From Vulcanimicrobiota bacterium (GTDB taxonomy: Bacteria; Vulcanimicrobiota; Vulcanimicrobiia; Vulcanimicrobiales; Vulcanimicrobiaceae), in contig OY968762.1 in assembly GCA_963695225.1 (NCBI GenBank), positions 2,656,001 through 2,720,000 of the forward strand: DNA of 64,000 bases. Direction: 5' to 3'. The notes under the pieces are model-generated. The model saw only the letters and a program-made list of their open reading frames with translations, had not been told where the DNA came from and did no database searches. The position numbers were made by a program, and so were the translations under genes. Shown piece after piece: positions 10,701-18,059 of this stretch. Within the stretch, counting starts at the first letter, position 1. Each line of letters starts with the position of its first letter.

Positions 10701-11690
10701 ACCGGCGAGGTAGAGCGGAACGTTGTGATAGACGGCGCCAACGAGCGGCTCGTGTGTCTTCGTGCCGAGCAGGTGCCGGCGTGCGACGACGTGCGCGTTG
10801 AAGACGGCCGTCATCGAACAGATCACGCCGAGGCCCCGGCCCTCCCACTCCGCGATCGCGCCGTCGAGGACGGGATGGTTCCAATCCGGCAGGAACAGGT
10901 CGTGCGTGATGAAGCCGACCCGGTCCCATGGCGCCTTTCGGTACGTCGCACGGTACCAAGGCTCGTACCAGGCGAGATAGGCCTCGGGGGTCTGGAACAT
11001 CCCCACGTGCGCGGGGTGGTAGATGCCCTCGTTCTCGACCTTCTCCGGGAGCGGCACGTCGCCCGCGTAGGCGCCGTTCATGAAGTGCTTCATGAGGTAG
11101 AGGAACATGTTCGCGACGTTGTCGACCGAGCGGTTGTTCCAGTAACCGATCATCACGAGGGACTTGTAGACGGGCTTCTTCATGAACTTCGCCATGAGGG
11201 GAGCCGCGCCGACCATCTTTTGCATCCCGAGGAAGCCCTCGCGCGCCTCCCAAAACACGTCGATCTTCTCGTTCTTCGCGAGCGCGCGATAGCGCTTGAT
11301 CGCCATCGACATGTCGCGCATGGGGTTCGATTTTTCCATGTTGAAGCTGAAGCCGAGCGATTTGAACATCAGCGATTGCAAGCGCGGATCGGGGATGTCG
11401 TACCAGAGGAATTTGAGGTGGGCGAGTTCCCCCTTCGCGTCCATGTCGACCAGGAGCGCCGCGATGCGCTCGACCATGTCGACGGACATCGACTGCCACC
11501 CGACGAGGACGTCTGCCGCCCGGATCGCGGCGCGGAAGCGCCCGATCGCCCGGGGATCGTTGAAGTCGGAAGCCCCGTAGTGCTCCAGCGACCAATCTTG
11601 ACCGGTCTTTTCGCGGAGCGGGCGGAAGGCCAGCCGCATAGCATTAGCGCGCTCATCAGGCGCCCAGGACGAATACCCGACGATCTTCAT
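7794..11690 (-). CDS. bchH: Magnesium chelatase subunit H (BchH/CobN family), divergent
   Basis: 1298 aa; YNFPPG.GNVG.AYFLDV.GSL, HVGTHGLVEW..GK, EASIARRRSYA, NVLPTGRNM, LGRPRIDV; BchH-like N-terminal region; shares an upstream motif with bchL and bchM. Confidence 0.8.
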   Translation of the reverse strand: MKIVGYSSWAPDERANAMRLAFRPLREKTGQDWSLEHYGASDFNDPRAIGRFRAAIRAADVLVGWQSMSVDMVERIAALLVDMDAKGELAHLKFLWYDIPDPRLQSLMFKSLGFSFNMEKSNPMRDMSMAIKRYRALAKNEKIDVFWEAREGFLGMQKMVGAAPLMAKFMKKPVYKSLVMIGYWNNRSVDNVANMFLYLMKHFMNGAYAGDVPLPEKVENEGIYHPAHVGMFQTPEAYLAWYEPWYRATYRKAPWDRVGFITHDLFLPDWNHPVLDGAIAEWEGRGLGVICSMTAVFNAHVVARRHLLGTKTHEPLVGAVYHNVPLYLAGSMFAGSPDASIDFIRDLGSPRVYTSPVNAAMSRADLAASKFGVTSLEYIGNVVTPETEGIQPLPPICSREATDADVSALEPIPDRLRLLGDVTTRWLRLRRLANADKKVAFFVYNFPPGPGNVGVAYFLDVAGSLRSMLETLRAEGYTVGETCADDAAFSRKLQDMYAGYLTVGAVSGSEIRDWASDLPPKYEALFYEAWGRPPSTIPIKGLRFGNILVLLQDMRGMEDLSAIHDKQAPPSPWLLASYRYATRRFNADAMVHVGTHGLVEWSRGKEWSPAAGDYPEFLVDGCPHAYIFNILDPVEASIARRRSYATILSHLCPPLRIVEGSEDLRNLHRLVHDYYNANSEELEKRADLAAEIEEVVGRTGLRIESPGGANRDFVAKVHDELVSIEGAFTPAGQHVFGRDLAEADRHETFLACLEYCDVDLYRLLASCYGFDYDALNRRPEKRAEDGTYNHEILEALREAGKSLISGEILRPAGKVGESALLGILQARPIAGRSLQKSPYELEQLAGFIERARVLWQNLGSVAAAERRGLIDCLAGKYIEPSLGGEIAGDWNVLPTGRNMASTDVRMLPREAAQRKGKRTVEQILAAAVAERGHYPAAVGVVLWGSEVLESEGVGIAQALDLMGARVAKDRFNRSERVELVSLDELGRPRIDVLANASTVFKNTFPGAIRLIHEAAALAAEADEPPEWNYVKKHSDELIAQGIEPALARARCFGMPEDAFMGQVGAMLDTGNFGDYNDIGGAWMSDNCNAFIPQFAQVLVTPAPDVQRYLVHKVEVIQQPLIQMAAGGPVKEDMFASFTSAFGAAKRAMGHGDTMIVVSDLTKREPKVRNFRNVVVNGVLTRFLSKSWRDRMMEHGYSGVMEFGDIFKAMRSTEAALGDTIAPDLWKRTVETTLDEWARIAEANPHKTRDLGEILLDTNRRGMWADADLEQQLKTKLNELDGDVELATYKQQLSAAASE

Positions 11691-11696
11691 GGCCCC

Positions 11697-11740
11697 ACGC
11701 TACCGCTGAGGGATTCCGAAGAGCCGTGATAGGTGTCACT
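11697..11740 (-). promoter_or_regulatory. Predicted class II CRP/FNR-type leaderless promoter of bchH
   Basis: GTGA-TAGGTG-TCAC at 11726-11739; -10-like TAGCGT at 11702-11697; centre at -42.5; predicted +1 coincides with the ATG at 11690. Confidence 0.7.
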
Positions 11741-11758
11741 CAGAGGGGCGGGGCGCGC

Positions 11759-12064
11759 TCAGCCCGTCGGGCGCTCCGATGAAGCGGCGGGGCTCCGCAA
11801 TTTCCTACCGCCCGCCGCACGCTGAAGCGGCGAGAGCTGGGAGGCGAGGTCGCGGTACATGTGCCGCATCGCCTCGACGAACAGCGAGCCGACGCGGCAG
11901 ACGCCGTCCCCCGAGAGGCGCAGGCCTACCCAAGGAGTCCCCGCGTGACGCTGCACGAGCAGATAGGTCTGATCCCCGACGGCGTAGATCGCGAACTGCT
12001 CGGATTCGGCGATCGGCTTCATGCCGGCCACCATTCCTCGGTCGATCTCTCCGATGAATTCCAT
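11759..12064 (-). CDS. Hypothetical protein (101 aa)
   Basis: ATG with GAAGGGA RBS; globular-looking sequence filling an intergenic gap. Confidence 0.6.
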   Translation of the reverse strand: MEFIGEIDRGMVAGMKPIAESEQFAIYAVGDQTYLLVQRHAGTPWVGLRLSGDGVCRVGSLFVEAMRHMYRDLASQLSPLQRAAGGRKLRSPAASSERPTG

Positions 12065-12271
12065 GTCGGCATCCCTTCGCGTGGTCCGGTGCGGCGCATC
12101 GTCGCGTCCCCGTCTCGCTTCGCATGACTAGCGTGCACATGAAAGAGTTTCCGGGGCCGAAGAATTGCGCTCGCGCCGAAGACGATGCGCATGCGAACGA
12201 CCCGCTTGCTAGCTACGCGCTTGCTAACAAAGGGCTACAATGAATAGACGCATTGCAAAACGGCATCTTTC

Positions 12272-12308
12272 GACGAGTTCAGGATGACATCGTCATCCTG
12301 AACTCGTC
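12272..12308. repeat. Perfect 17-bp inverted repeat (REP-like, possible terminator of the histone-like gene)
   Basis: GACGAGTTCAGGATGAC-ATC-GTCATCCTGAACTCGTC; related degenerate sequences at about 41225-41277 and 59067-59086. Confidence 0.7.
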
Positions 12309-12328
12309 CGTCTACGTCGCCTTGGTTG

Positions 12329-12649
12329 CTACGCCGTCTTCCTTGCTGCGGCTTTGCGTGGCGCCGCCTTGCGCGCGGTCTTACGAACCGCGGCCTTGCG
12401 TGCGGCCTTCTTGCGCGGAGCAGCTTTGCGCGCGACCTTCTTGCGCGCGGTCTTCTTCGCCGTGGCCTTCTTGCGCGGAGCGGCTTTGCGCGCGACCTTC
12501 TTGCGAACGGTCTTCTTCGCCGCGGCTTTCTTACGCGGCGCCGCTTTCTTCGCGGTTCTGCGGGTCGCGGTCTTCCGGGCGGCCGTCTTTTTTCTGACCG
12601 TCTTCTTTACGGCCGCCTTCTTGCGCGGTGCAGCTTTCTTCACTGCCAT
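12329..12649 (-). CDS. Histone H1-like Lys/Arg/Ala-rich nucleoid protein
   Basis: 106 aa of KAAPRKK / KKTVRKK repeats, no acidic residues; 60-nt DNA repeat period around 12410-12530. Confidence 0.8.
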   Translation of the reverse strand: MAVKKAAPRKKAAVKKTVRKKTAARKTATRRTAKKAAPRKKAAAKKTVRKKVARKAAPRKKATAKKTARKKVARKAAPRKKAARKAAVRKTARKAAPRKAAARKTA

Positions 12650-12734
12650 CCTGTGTGGGAGTCCTTTCTCGGACTGCCCCGTCTGACGACGGAGCAAGCC
12701 TGATCGTCAGGTAATTAGGACCCTTATACCCTAA

Positions 12735-14624
12735 TTAGTGCGTTTTAGCAACAACGTCGCTGAGCGCGAAGTACCGTCCGCGCGCCAATTCGGCGATTTC
12801 GCGCATCAAGGGGCACGCCTCGTATTCGTCGAGATTGACGCACGCGACGTTCGCGCGTCCGGCGAGCGAGCTTGCGATATGACGGCATTGTTCGGCGGCG
12901 ATCACGCCGAGCTCGCCCGCGCGCTGCTCCGCAAGCGCCCGTTGCAAAAGGGATTCCCCGCCGAGCGGCACGTTCGCGCGTCCGTCGCTGAACACCGCGA
13001 CGTCGATCTCGGCACCTGGATTCGCTCGGCGGAACCGCTCCGCCAACCTGCGCACGTGCTCCAACGCTTCGGGGAGCGGCGTCATCGCTCGAACCGCGCC
13101 GGGCTCCAAATCGGCCAGCCGCGAGGCGACAAGGTCGACGTTCCGCCCGGTGTGCTCGTCGACGACGACCTCGGCGTTAGGCCCCCAACAAGAGATGAGC
13201 GCGGCCCGCTCGCGCTCCGCATAGATCGGGCGCAGCAACTCCCGGCCGGCCGCGCGCACGAGTTCGGCGCTCCTCTGCGTCGAGAGCGATGCATCGACCA
13301 CGAGAATCGAAAGACGCTGCGGCGCGGCCGCTTCCAGCGGCGCTCTCGCTTCCGCCCCGATGCCGGCGCGCTTTGCGGCGGCGCGGTCGACGAGCGTTGC
13401 GGGGAGATCGAGCTTCCCGTTCGCGCCGAGCGGAACGCTCCCGACGGGCTGCCCTTCTTGCAAGCGTTGCGGCCGCGCTTTGAGCGCGCGCTTCTCGGTC
13501 AACTCCGGAGCGACGACGATCTGCGCCGCACTCTCGTCTCGGCCGTCGTCCGGCGAGCGATCGTTCGCGCCCTCTCCGAGCGTGGCTTCGAGGGCCGCCG
13601 CGATCGCGGCATCTTCGGCGAGATGTTCCGAGAGCGCCTCGACCTTCAAACGGCTTCGACGCAAGCGCGCGGCGAGGGGGAAGACGCGCGCCACGTCGGA
13701 GGGTTCGACGGCATCCCGGCCCTCCCACGCGGCGAGCGCCGCCGCGCTTTCAAGCGCGACGAACTCGGTGCGATGGCTGTCGATGCCGAGTCGCGCGACG
13801 GCTTCGATCGCGAGCGCTTCCGCCGCGAGCGGGACCGTGATTGCATCGACGCGTTTGACGGCGGAGGCGAGCCTCGCGCGCAAGCGTCTCGTCTCAGTCT
13901 GCCGGCTTGCCACAAACGCTGACGGATCGCGCGCGTACGCCGCGTTGCGCCGGTAGACCTCGAGCCGCTCCTCGAACTCTCCCGCGGCGCGCACGAAGAC
14001 GCGCAAACCGATACGATCCGTGATCTGCGGACGCAACTCGCCTTCCTCCGGATTCATCGTTCCGACGAGCGTGAAGCGCGAAGGATAATCGATCGCGTGC
14101 TGGCCGCGCTTGACGTGGACGACGCCCATCGCCGCCGCGTCCAACAGCGCGTCGACGACGAGATCGGAGAGCAAGTTGATTTCATCGATATAGAGCAGAT
14201 TGCGGTTCGCGCGCGCCAGCAAGCCGGGGCGAAACGCGATCTCGCTCCGTTCGAGCGCCGCGCGCAGATCGATCGCGCCGACGACGTCGTCGAGTTGCGC
14301 GTTCACCGGCAGCTCTACGATCTCGCCGCGCGATCTGCGCGCCGCGATCCGCTCTCCGCGCTCGCGCGATCGCGCGCACGCCTCGCATAGGCTCGTCCCT
14401 ACGGGATCGCAGCCGTACGGACACGTCGCGCGGTCGAGCGCCGGCAACAATTCGGCGGCGGCGCGAACGAGCGTCGTCTTCCCCGTTCCCTTGGGGCCTG
14501 AGAGGAGCACGCCGCCGATGCGCGGATTGATCGTCGTCAAGAGGAGCGCGAGCTTGGCTTCCTCTTGCCCGACGATCGCGGCAAAGGGATACGGCGCGTA
14601 CGCCGCGCGAGCGTCCTTCTTCAT
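12735..14624 (-). CDS. bchD: Chelatase AAA+ plus vWA subunit (BchD/ChlD-like with intact BchI-type ATPase motifs)
   Basis: YPFAAIVGQ, GPKGTGKT (Walker A), LYIDEINLL (Walker B), GTMNPEEGELRPQ..DR; C-terminal vWA VVDASLS, TPL, SDGRANV. Confidence 0.75.
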   Translation of the reverse strand: MKKDARAAYAPYPFAAIVGQEEAKLALLLTTINPRIGGVLLSGPKGTGKTTLVRAAAELLPALDRATCPYGCDPVGTSLCEACARSRERGERIAARRSRGEIVELPVNAQLDDVVGAIDLRAALERSEIAFRPGLLARANRNLLYIDEINLLSDLVVDALLDAAAMGVVHVKRGQHAIDYPSRFTLVGTMNPEEGELRPQITDRIGLRVFVRAAGEFEERLEVYRRNAAYARDPSAFVASRQTETRRLRARLASAVKRVDAITVPLAAEALAIEAVARLGIDSHRTEFVALESAAALAAWEGRDAVEPSDVARVFPLAARLRRSRLKVEALSEHLAEDAAIAAALEATLGEGANDRSPDDGRDESAAQIVVAPELTEKRALKARPQRLQEGQPVGSVPLGANGKLDLPATLVDRAAAKRAGIGAEARAPLEAAAPQRLSILVVDASLSTQRSAELVRAAGRELLRPIYAERERAALISCWGPNAEVVVDEHTGRNVDLVASRLADLEPGAVRAMTPLPEALEHVRRLAERFRRANPGAEIDVAVFSDGRANVPLGGESLLQRALAEQRAGELGVIAAEQCRHIASSLAGRANVACVNLDEYEACPLMREIAELARGRYFALSDVVAKTH

Positions 14625-14708
14625 CGAGCCATCCTTACACGTCCCGTCGGGCGCGCCTGCGCGGCGACCCGCGGGAGATCGCGCGGCGGAGCGGAATGAG
14701 CGGGAGCG

Positions 14709-15500
14709 ATGCAAGTAGCCGCCGACGATGCCGTTCTCGACGTGCTCGATGAAGGGCACGGAACTCCGCTCGTTTTGTTGCACGGCTTTCCGCTTGCGAA
14801 GGAGACGTGGGATCCGGTCGTTCGCTTGCTGCGCGGGCGCGCGCGGATCGTGCGGCTCGATCTGCGCGGGCTCGGCCGCTCGAGCGTCGCGCGGCGTGCG
14901 TTTTCGCTGGAGCACGTCGCCGCGGACGTTGCCGCAGTGCTCGATCACCTTGCGATCGAACGCGCGATCGTCGCGGGGCATTCGCTTGGAGCGATGGTCG
15001 CTTGGTCATTGTTGCGGATCCGGCGCGAGCGCGTTGCGGGACTCGCCGTCGTCTGCGGCCGCTGCGACGGAGCGGGCGAAAGCGAGACGGAGACGCGCGA
15101 AGCGCTTGCCGCCGTTGCGGAGGGCGAGGGGATGGAGCCCGTCGTCGAGGCGTTTCTGCCGCGCTATTTCACGCCGGAGTTTGCCGAGGCGCACCCGGAA
15201 CTCGTCGCGCAAACGCGGGCGACGATCGAGGGCTGCGATCCACGCGGCGCCGCAGCGATGCTGCGCGCGATGGCGCACCGGCGCTCCCCCGAGGACCTCT
15301 TCGCCGAACTCGCGATCCCGGTTGCGATCGTCGCAGGCCGGGGCGACCAGATACTCGCCGCCGAGTCCCTGCAAAAGGTCGCGGACGAGATCGCGGGGGC
15401 GACCTTCACGCTCTTGGATTGCGGCCACTTCCCCCTTTACGAGGCGCCCGAATCGCTTGCGGCGGTGCTCGGCGCGCTGCTTTCGCGCACGCCGCTCTGA
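14709..15500 (+). CDS. Alpha/beta fold hydrolase
   Basis: LLHGFP, DLRGLGRS, GHSLG nucleophile elbow, G..D, CGHF. Confidence 0.88.
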   Translation: MQVAADDAVLDVLDEGHGTPLVLLHGFPLAKETWDPVVRLLRGRARIVRLDLRGLGRSSVARRAFSLEHVAADVAAVLDHLAIERAIVAGHSLGAMVAWSLLRIRRERVAGLAVVCGRCDGAGESETETREALAAVAEGEGMEPVVEAFLPRYFTPEFAEAHPELVAQTRATIEGCDPRGAAAMLRAMAHRRSPEDLFAELAIPVAIVAGRGDQILAAESLQKVADEIAGATFTLLDCGHFPLYEAPESLAAVLGALLSRTPL

Positions 15501-15526
15501 GCTTCGCCGTCCGGCGGGGCCGGACG

Positions 15527-16651
15527 TCACGCGGAAGCGGTGCCGGCGGGTACGCGCGGGAGGATCGTCGGCTGGGCGTTGCGCAAGCGCAAGCCCGAGA
15601 CGTCGGCGGGGTCGGAGCAGGTTTCGATCCAGCGCGCGCGGGGGAGCAGCCCGACGCGATCGTGCGGCTGGAGCATCAACTTGGCGTACTGCACGAGTTG
15701 ATTGCCCCAGCGGGCGTAGCGCATGACGGTCGCGCCGGCTTTTCCGATGCCCGTTGCCGAGCGGCCCCGCTTGTTGCGGCGGTTGTTCTCGGCCATCGCG
15801 CGCAAGCAGGCGAGGAAGTACTTGGAATCCGTGCGGATCGCGAGGCCCCATACGCCGCGGGCCGCGATCTCCGTCTCGCGGATGACCTTGAGATCGTATT
15901 CCTCCCAATCGATGCCGAGCTTTTCGTAGACGCGCGCCTCGGAATCGCGCAGGTACATCGTGATGTAGACGGCGAGCGTGAAGAACTTGACCCCGAGTTG
16001 CTCGAGCCCGCCTGCGTAATAGTGCGGCTGGCTGCGCATCATCAGCGCGAAGAAGCGGCTGTGCCGGCGCTCGTCCTTGCACCACGCGTCGAAGTAGTCG
16101 AAGATCGGATGGAACTTGAACGCGGGCTGCTTCTTGAGATGATCGCTGATGTTCTGATAGCGGTAGTATCCGACCAGCTCGGAGAGGTAGGTGGTGACGA
16201 AGATCCAGCGCGGGTGCATGTATTGCAGCTTCTGCATCTTCGGGAGCCGCCCGAGATCGAACGGGCGGCCCATGTCGCGCATCACCCAATTGAGGAACGA
16301 GGCGTGGCGCCCTTCGTCGCGCGACATGCATTTGTAGATCGCGGCCAGCGTCGGGTCCGCCAACTTACGGTACACGTCGGCGTAGAGGAGGCAGCCCGAG
16401 AACTCGCCGATCGACGAGCGATGGAGGAACTCGTAGAATTCGTCCCAGAGCGGCTGGTAATCGATTCCCTTGACGTCGGGACCCCACTTGAAGTGAGCGC
16501 GATTGTAATCGGCCTCGAAATCGCGCCGCAACTCTTCGAACTCCGCCCGGCACGAGTCGATCGAGAGGCGGTTCAGTTCTGCGATGTCGGTGCGATAGAG
16601 ACGCGGAGCAAGCAGTGACTGCTTGCCCGGATCGGCGAGCGGCGAGTCCAA
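15527..16651 (-). CDS. acsF: Mg-protoporphyrin IX monomethyl ester oxidative cyclase (O2-dependent, di-iron)
   Basis: LLAPRLYRTD, DYNRAHF, EFSGCLLY, MSRDEGRH, YLSELVGYYRY, WCKDERRH; TTG start immediately after the bchM stop. Confidence 0.95.
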   Translation of the reverse strand: MDSPLADPGKQSLLAPRLYRTDIAELNRLSIDSCRAEFEELRRDFEADYNRAHFKWGPDVKGIDYQPLWDEFYEFLHRSSIGEFSGCLLYADVYRKLADPTLAAIYKCMSRDEGRHASFLNWVMRDMGRPFDLGRLPKMQKLQYMHPRWIFVTTYLSELVGYYRYQNISDHLKKQPAFKFHPIFDYFDAWCKDERRHSRFFALMMRSQPHYYAGGLEQLGVKFFTLAVYITMYLRDSEARVYEKLGIDWEEYDLKVIRETEIAARGVWGLAIRTDSKYFLACLRAMAENNRRNKRGRSATGIGKAGATVMRYARWGNQLVQYAKLMLQPHDRVGLLPRARWIETCSDPADVSGLRLRNAQPTILPRVPAGTASA

Positions 16652-16652
16652 A

Positions 16653-17411
16653 TCAGCGCCGGACCGCTTCGAAGATGAACGAATCGTAGAAGAAGAACTT
16701 GACGCGCCTCGTACGCGTGACGCGGAAGCCGGCCCGATACAGGATCTGCTCGACCTCGTCGTAGCTGAACATGTAGAGCCTGGTCATCCGGTTCTTCGCG
16801 TGGAAGCGTTCGCCGACTTTCATCCAGAAATCGTTGAGCGGCGTGCGCAGCGCGAACGAGCCGACGAACTTCGTCCCGGCGAGCGCGGAGAGGCGTCGCA
16901 GCATGTCGGCGACTTCGTCGTACGGATAGTGGAAGAGCACGTCGAGGCAGCAGACGAGGTCGTACTGCTTGTTCTGCCCTTCGAGAGCCGCGATGTCGCC
17001 GACCATGAAGCGCGGCGCGATCCCTTTCGTCCGCCCGGTGTTGATGTACCGCGCAAAATGGATCATCGGCGCTGAGATGTCGAACGCGTCGACTTCGTAG
17101 CCGTGGTTCGCAAGCGCGATCGCGAGGTTTCCGGTGCCGCAGCCGGCGTCGAGCGCGTTATGCAGATCGTCCGCCTTGACCCAGTTCACGATCTGGTCGA
17201 GCGAGCGCTGATGCCCGTCGCGGATGACCTTCCAGATCGGCGGGATCTCGCCGGCCCCGTAGATCGCCGTCCAACGCGAAAAGCCCGACGTCTCGAAATA
17301 CTTCCGGACGTGCCGGCCGACCCGCGAGTTGGAAACGCTCCCAAAGAGCGACTCCTGCGGCGGCTGATTGTCGGTGGAACGAATGGCGGTCGCGAGCGGC
17401 TCCTCGATCAT
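16653..17411 (-). CDS. bchM: Mg-protoporphyrin IX O-methyltransferase
   Basis: VRKYFETSGFSRWTAIYG, IRDGH, DAGCGTG, CLDVLFHYP; alternative GTG start at 17420. Confidence 0.93.
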   Translation of the reverse strand: MIEEPLATAIRSTDNQPPQESLFGSVSNSRVGRHVRKYFETSGFSRWTAIYGAGEIPPIWKVIRDGHQRSLDQIVNWVKADDLHNALDAGCGTGNLAIALANHGYEVDAFDISAPMIHFARYINTGRTKGIAPRFMVGDIAALEGQNKQYDLVCCLDVLFHYPYDEVADMLRRLSALAGTKFVGSFALRTPLNDFWMKVGERFHAKNRMTRLYMFSYDEVEQILYRAGFRVTRTRRVKFFFYDSFIFEAVRR

Positions 17412-17446
17412 GCGGCGCACCCTTGTTGGTCGGGGGGGACGCCCTC

Positions 17447-17489
17447 ACTCTAGCCCCCCGGGTCCGCACGCTCCGTGACGACTATCACC
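17447..17489 (-). promoter_or_regulatory. Predicted class II CRP/FNR-type promoter of bchM-acsF
   Basis: GTGA-CGACTA-TCAC at 17475-17488; -10-like TAGAGT at 17452-17447; centre at -41.5. Confidence 0.75.
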
Positions 17490-17517
17490 CGCAAGCCGGA
17501 CGCCCTCGCTGCCCCGG

Positions 17518-17706
17518 TCAGCGAATGGCGATCGGGTTGCGCCGCGCTCGCGCCGAGCGAACGAAGTTCGCCACGAACAGCCCCGCCAGCGCCAACGCCG
17601 CCAGGATCGCCGCCCCGACGAAAATCTTGACGAGAAACAGCACGACGATCAGCGCCGCAATCGCGACCGCGATCGAGACCGTAAGCCGAAGAAACGAACC
17701 AACCAC
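17518..17706 (-). CDS. Small two-helix membrane protein (62 aa)
   Basis: GTG start with GGAGGG RBS; two hydrophobic segments and a basic tail. Confidence 0.6.
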   Translation of the reverse strand: MVGSFLRLTVSIAVAIAALIVVLFLVKIFVGAAILAALALAGLFVANFVRSARARRNPIAIR

Positions 17707-17797
17707 GACAAACCCTCCGCCAAAATGTACCGCGCCCCAGCGCGCGTGTTTCGCCGCCCCACGCCCAGAAAGCCGGCGGGACACCGCGCGTAACACC

Positions 17798-17969
17798 TGC
17801 AGGTAGCGGGCGGGGCGGGGGCAACAGGGGGCGGCGAGAGCTCCGACCGCCGGCCGGAGCCAAGGATGGCGAGAGGCCGGCGGCGGTGCAGCGCTAGTTT
17901 TCGCAGGATGCGAAAACTAGCAGCGGTCTCGACGCCCCCTGTTGCCCCCGCCCCGCCCGCGGGCCCCAC
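17798..17969 (+). repeat. Structured GTAG-type repeat, divergent complete copy B
   Basis: GCAGGTAGCG start; perfect 28-bp outer IR 17806-17833/17933-17960; hairpin CCGCCGGCC-GGA-GCCA-AGGA-TGGC-GAGA-GGCCGGCGG; hairpin GCTAGTTTTCGCA-GGA-TGCGAAAACTAGC at 17893-17921. Confidence 0.85.
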
Positions 17970-17977
17970 TGCCTGCC

Positions 17978-18038
17978 GGCTCCGCGGGAAATCTGCACGC
18001 CGCGCGGGAGACCGTCCCCCCGCCCCAACCGCTACCTG
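17978..18038 (-). repeat. Partial (left-arm) copy of the structured repeat, inverted
   Basis: Reverse complement reads CAGGTAGCGGTTGGGGCGGGGGG...CGTGCAGATTTCCCGCGGAGCC, alignable to 7622-7682. Confidence 0.7.
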
Positions 18039-18059
18039 GTCGCGAGCAAAGGGAGAGCG

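Noticed and set aside
8820..11729. Long opposite-strand or alternative-frame ORFs (for example 8820..11729 +, 19262..21832 -, 33722..36481 -, 48269..50632 -)
   Set aside because: Shadow ORFs expected in high-GC DNA; Arg/Ala-rich with no motifs, and they overlap well-supported genes.
12329..12649. Tandem repeats as a CRISPR array, or the hydrophobic plus-strand ORF 12354..12686 as a gene
   Set aside because: Repeats are codon-phased without unique spacers, and the plus-strand ORF is the antisense of the Lys-rich gene.
13450..13620. Programmed frameshift in the bchD-like gene
   Set aside because: The ORF is continuous and I see no poly-A slippery run in the linker.
14709..15500. BchO assignment for the alpha/beta hydrolase between bchD and acsF
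   Set aside because: Only generic hydrolase motifs; opposite strand and no shared upstream box.
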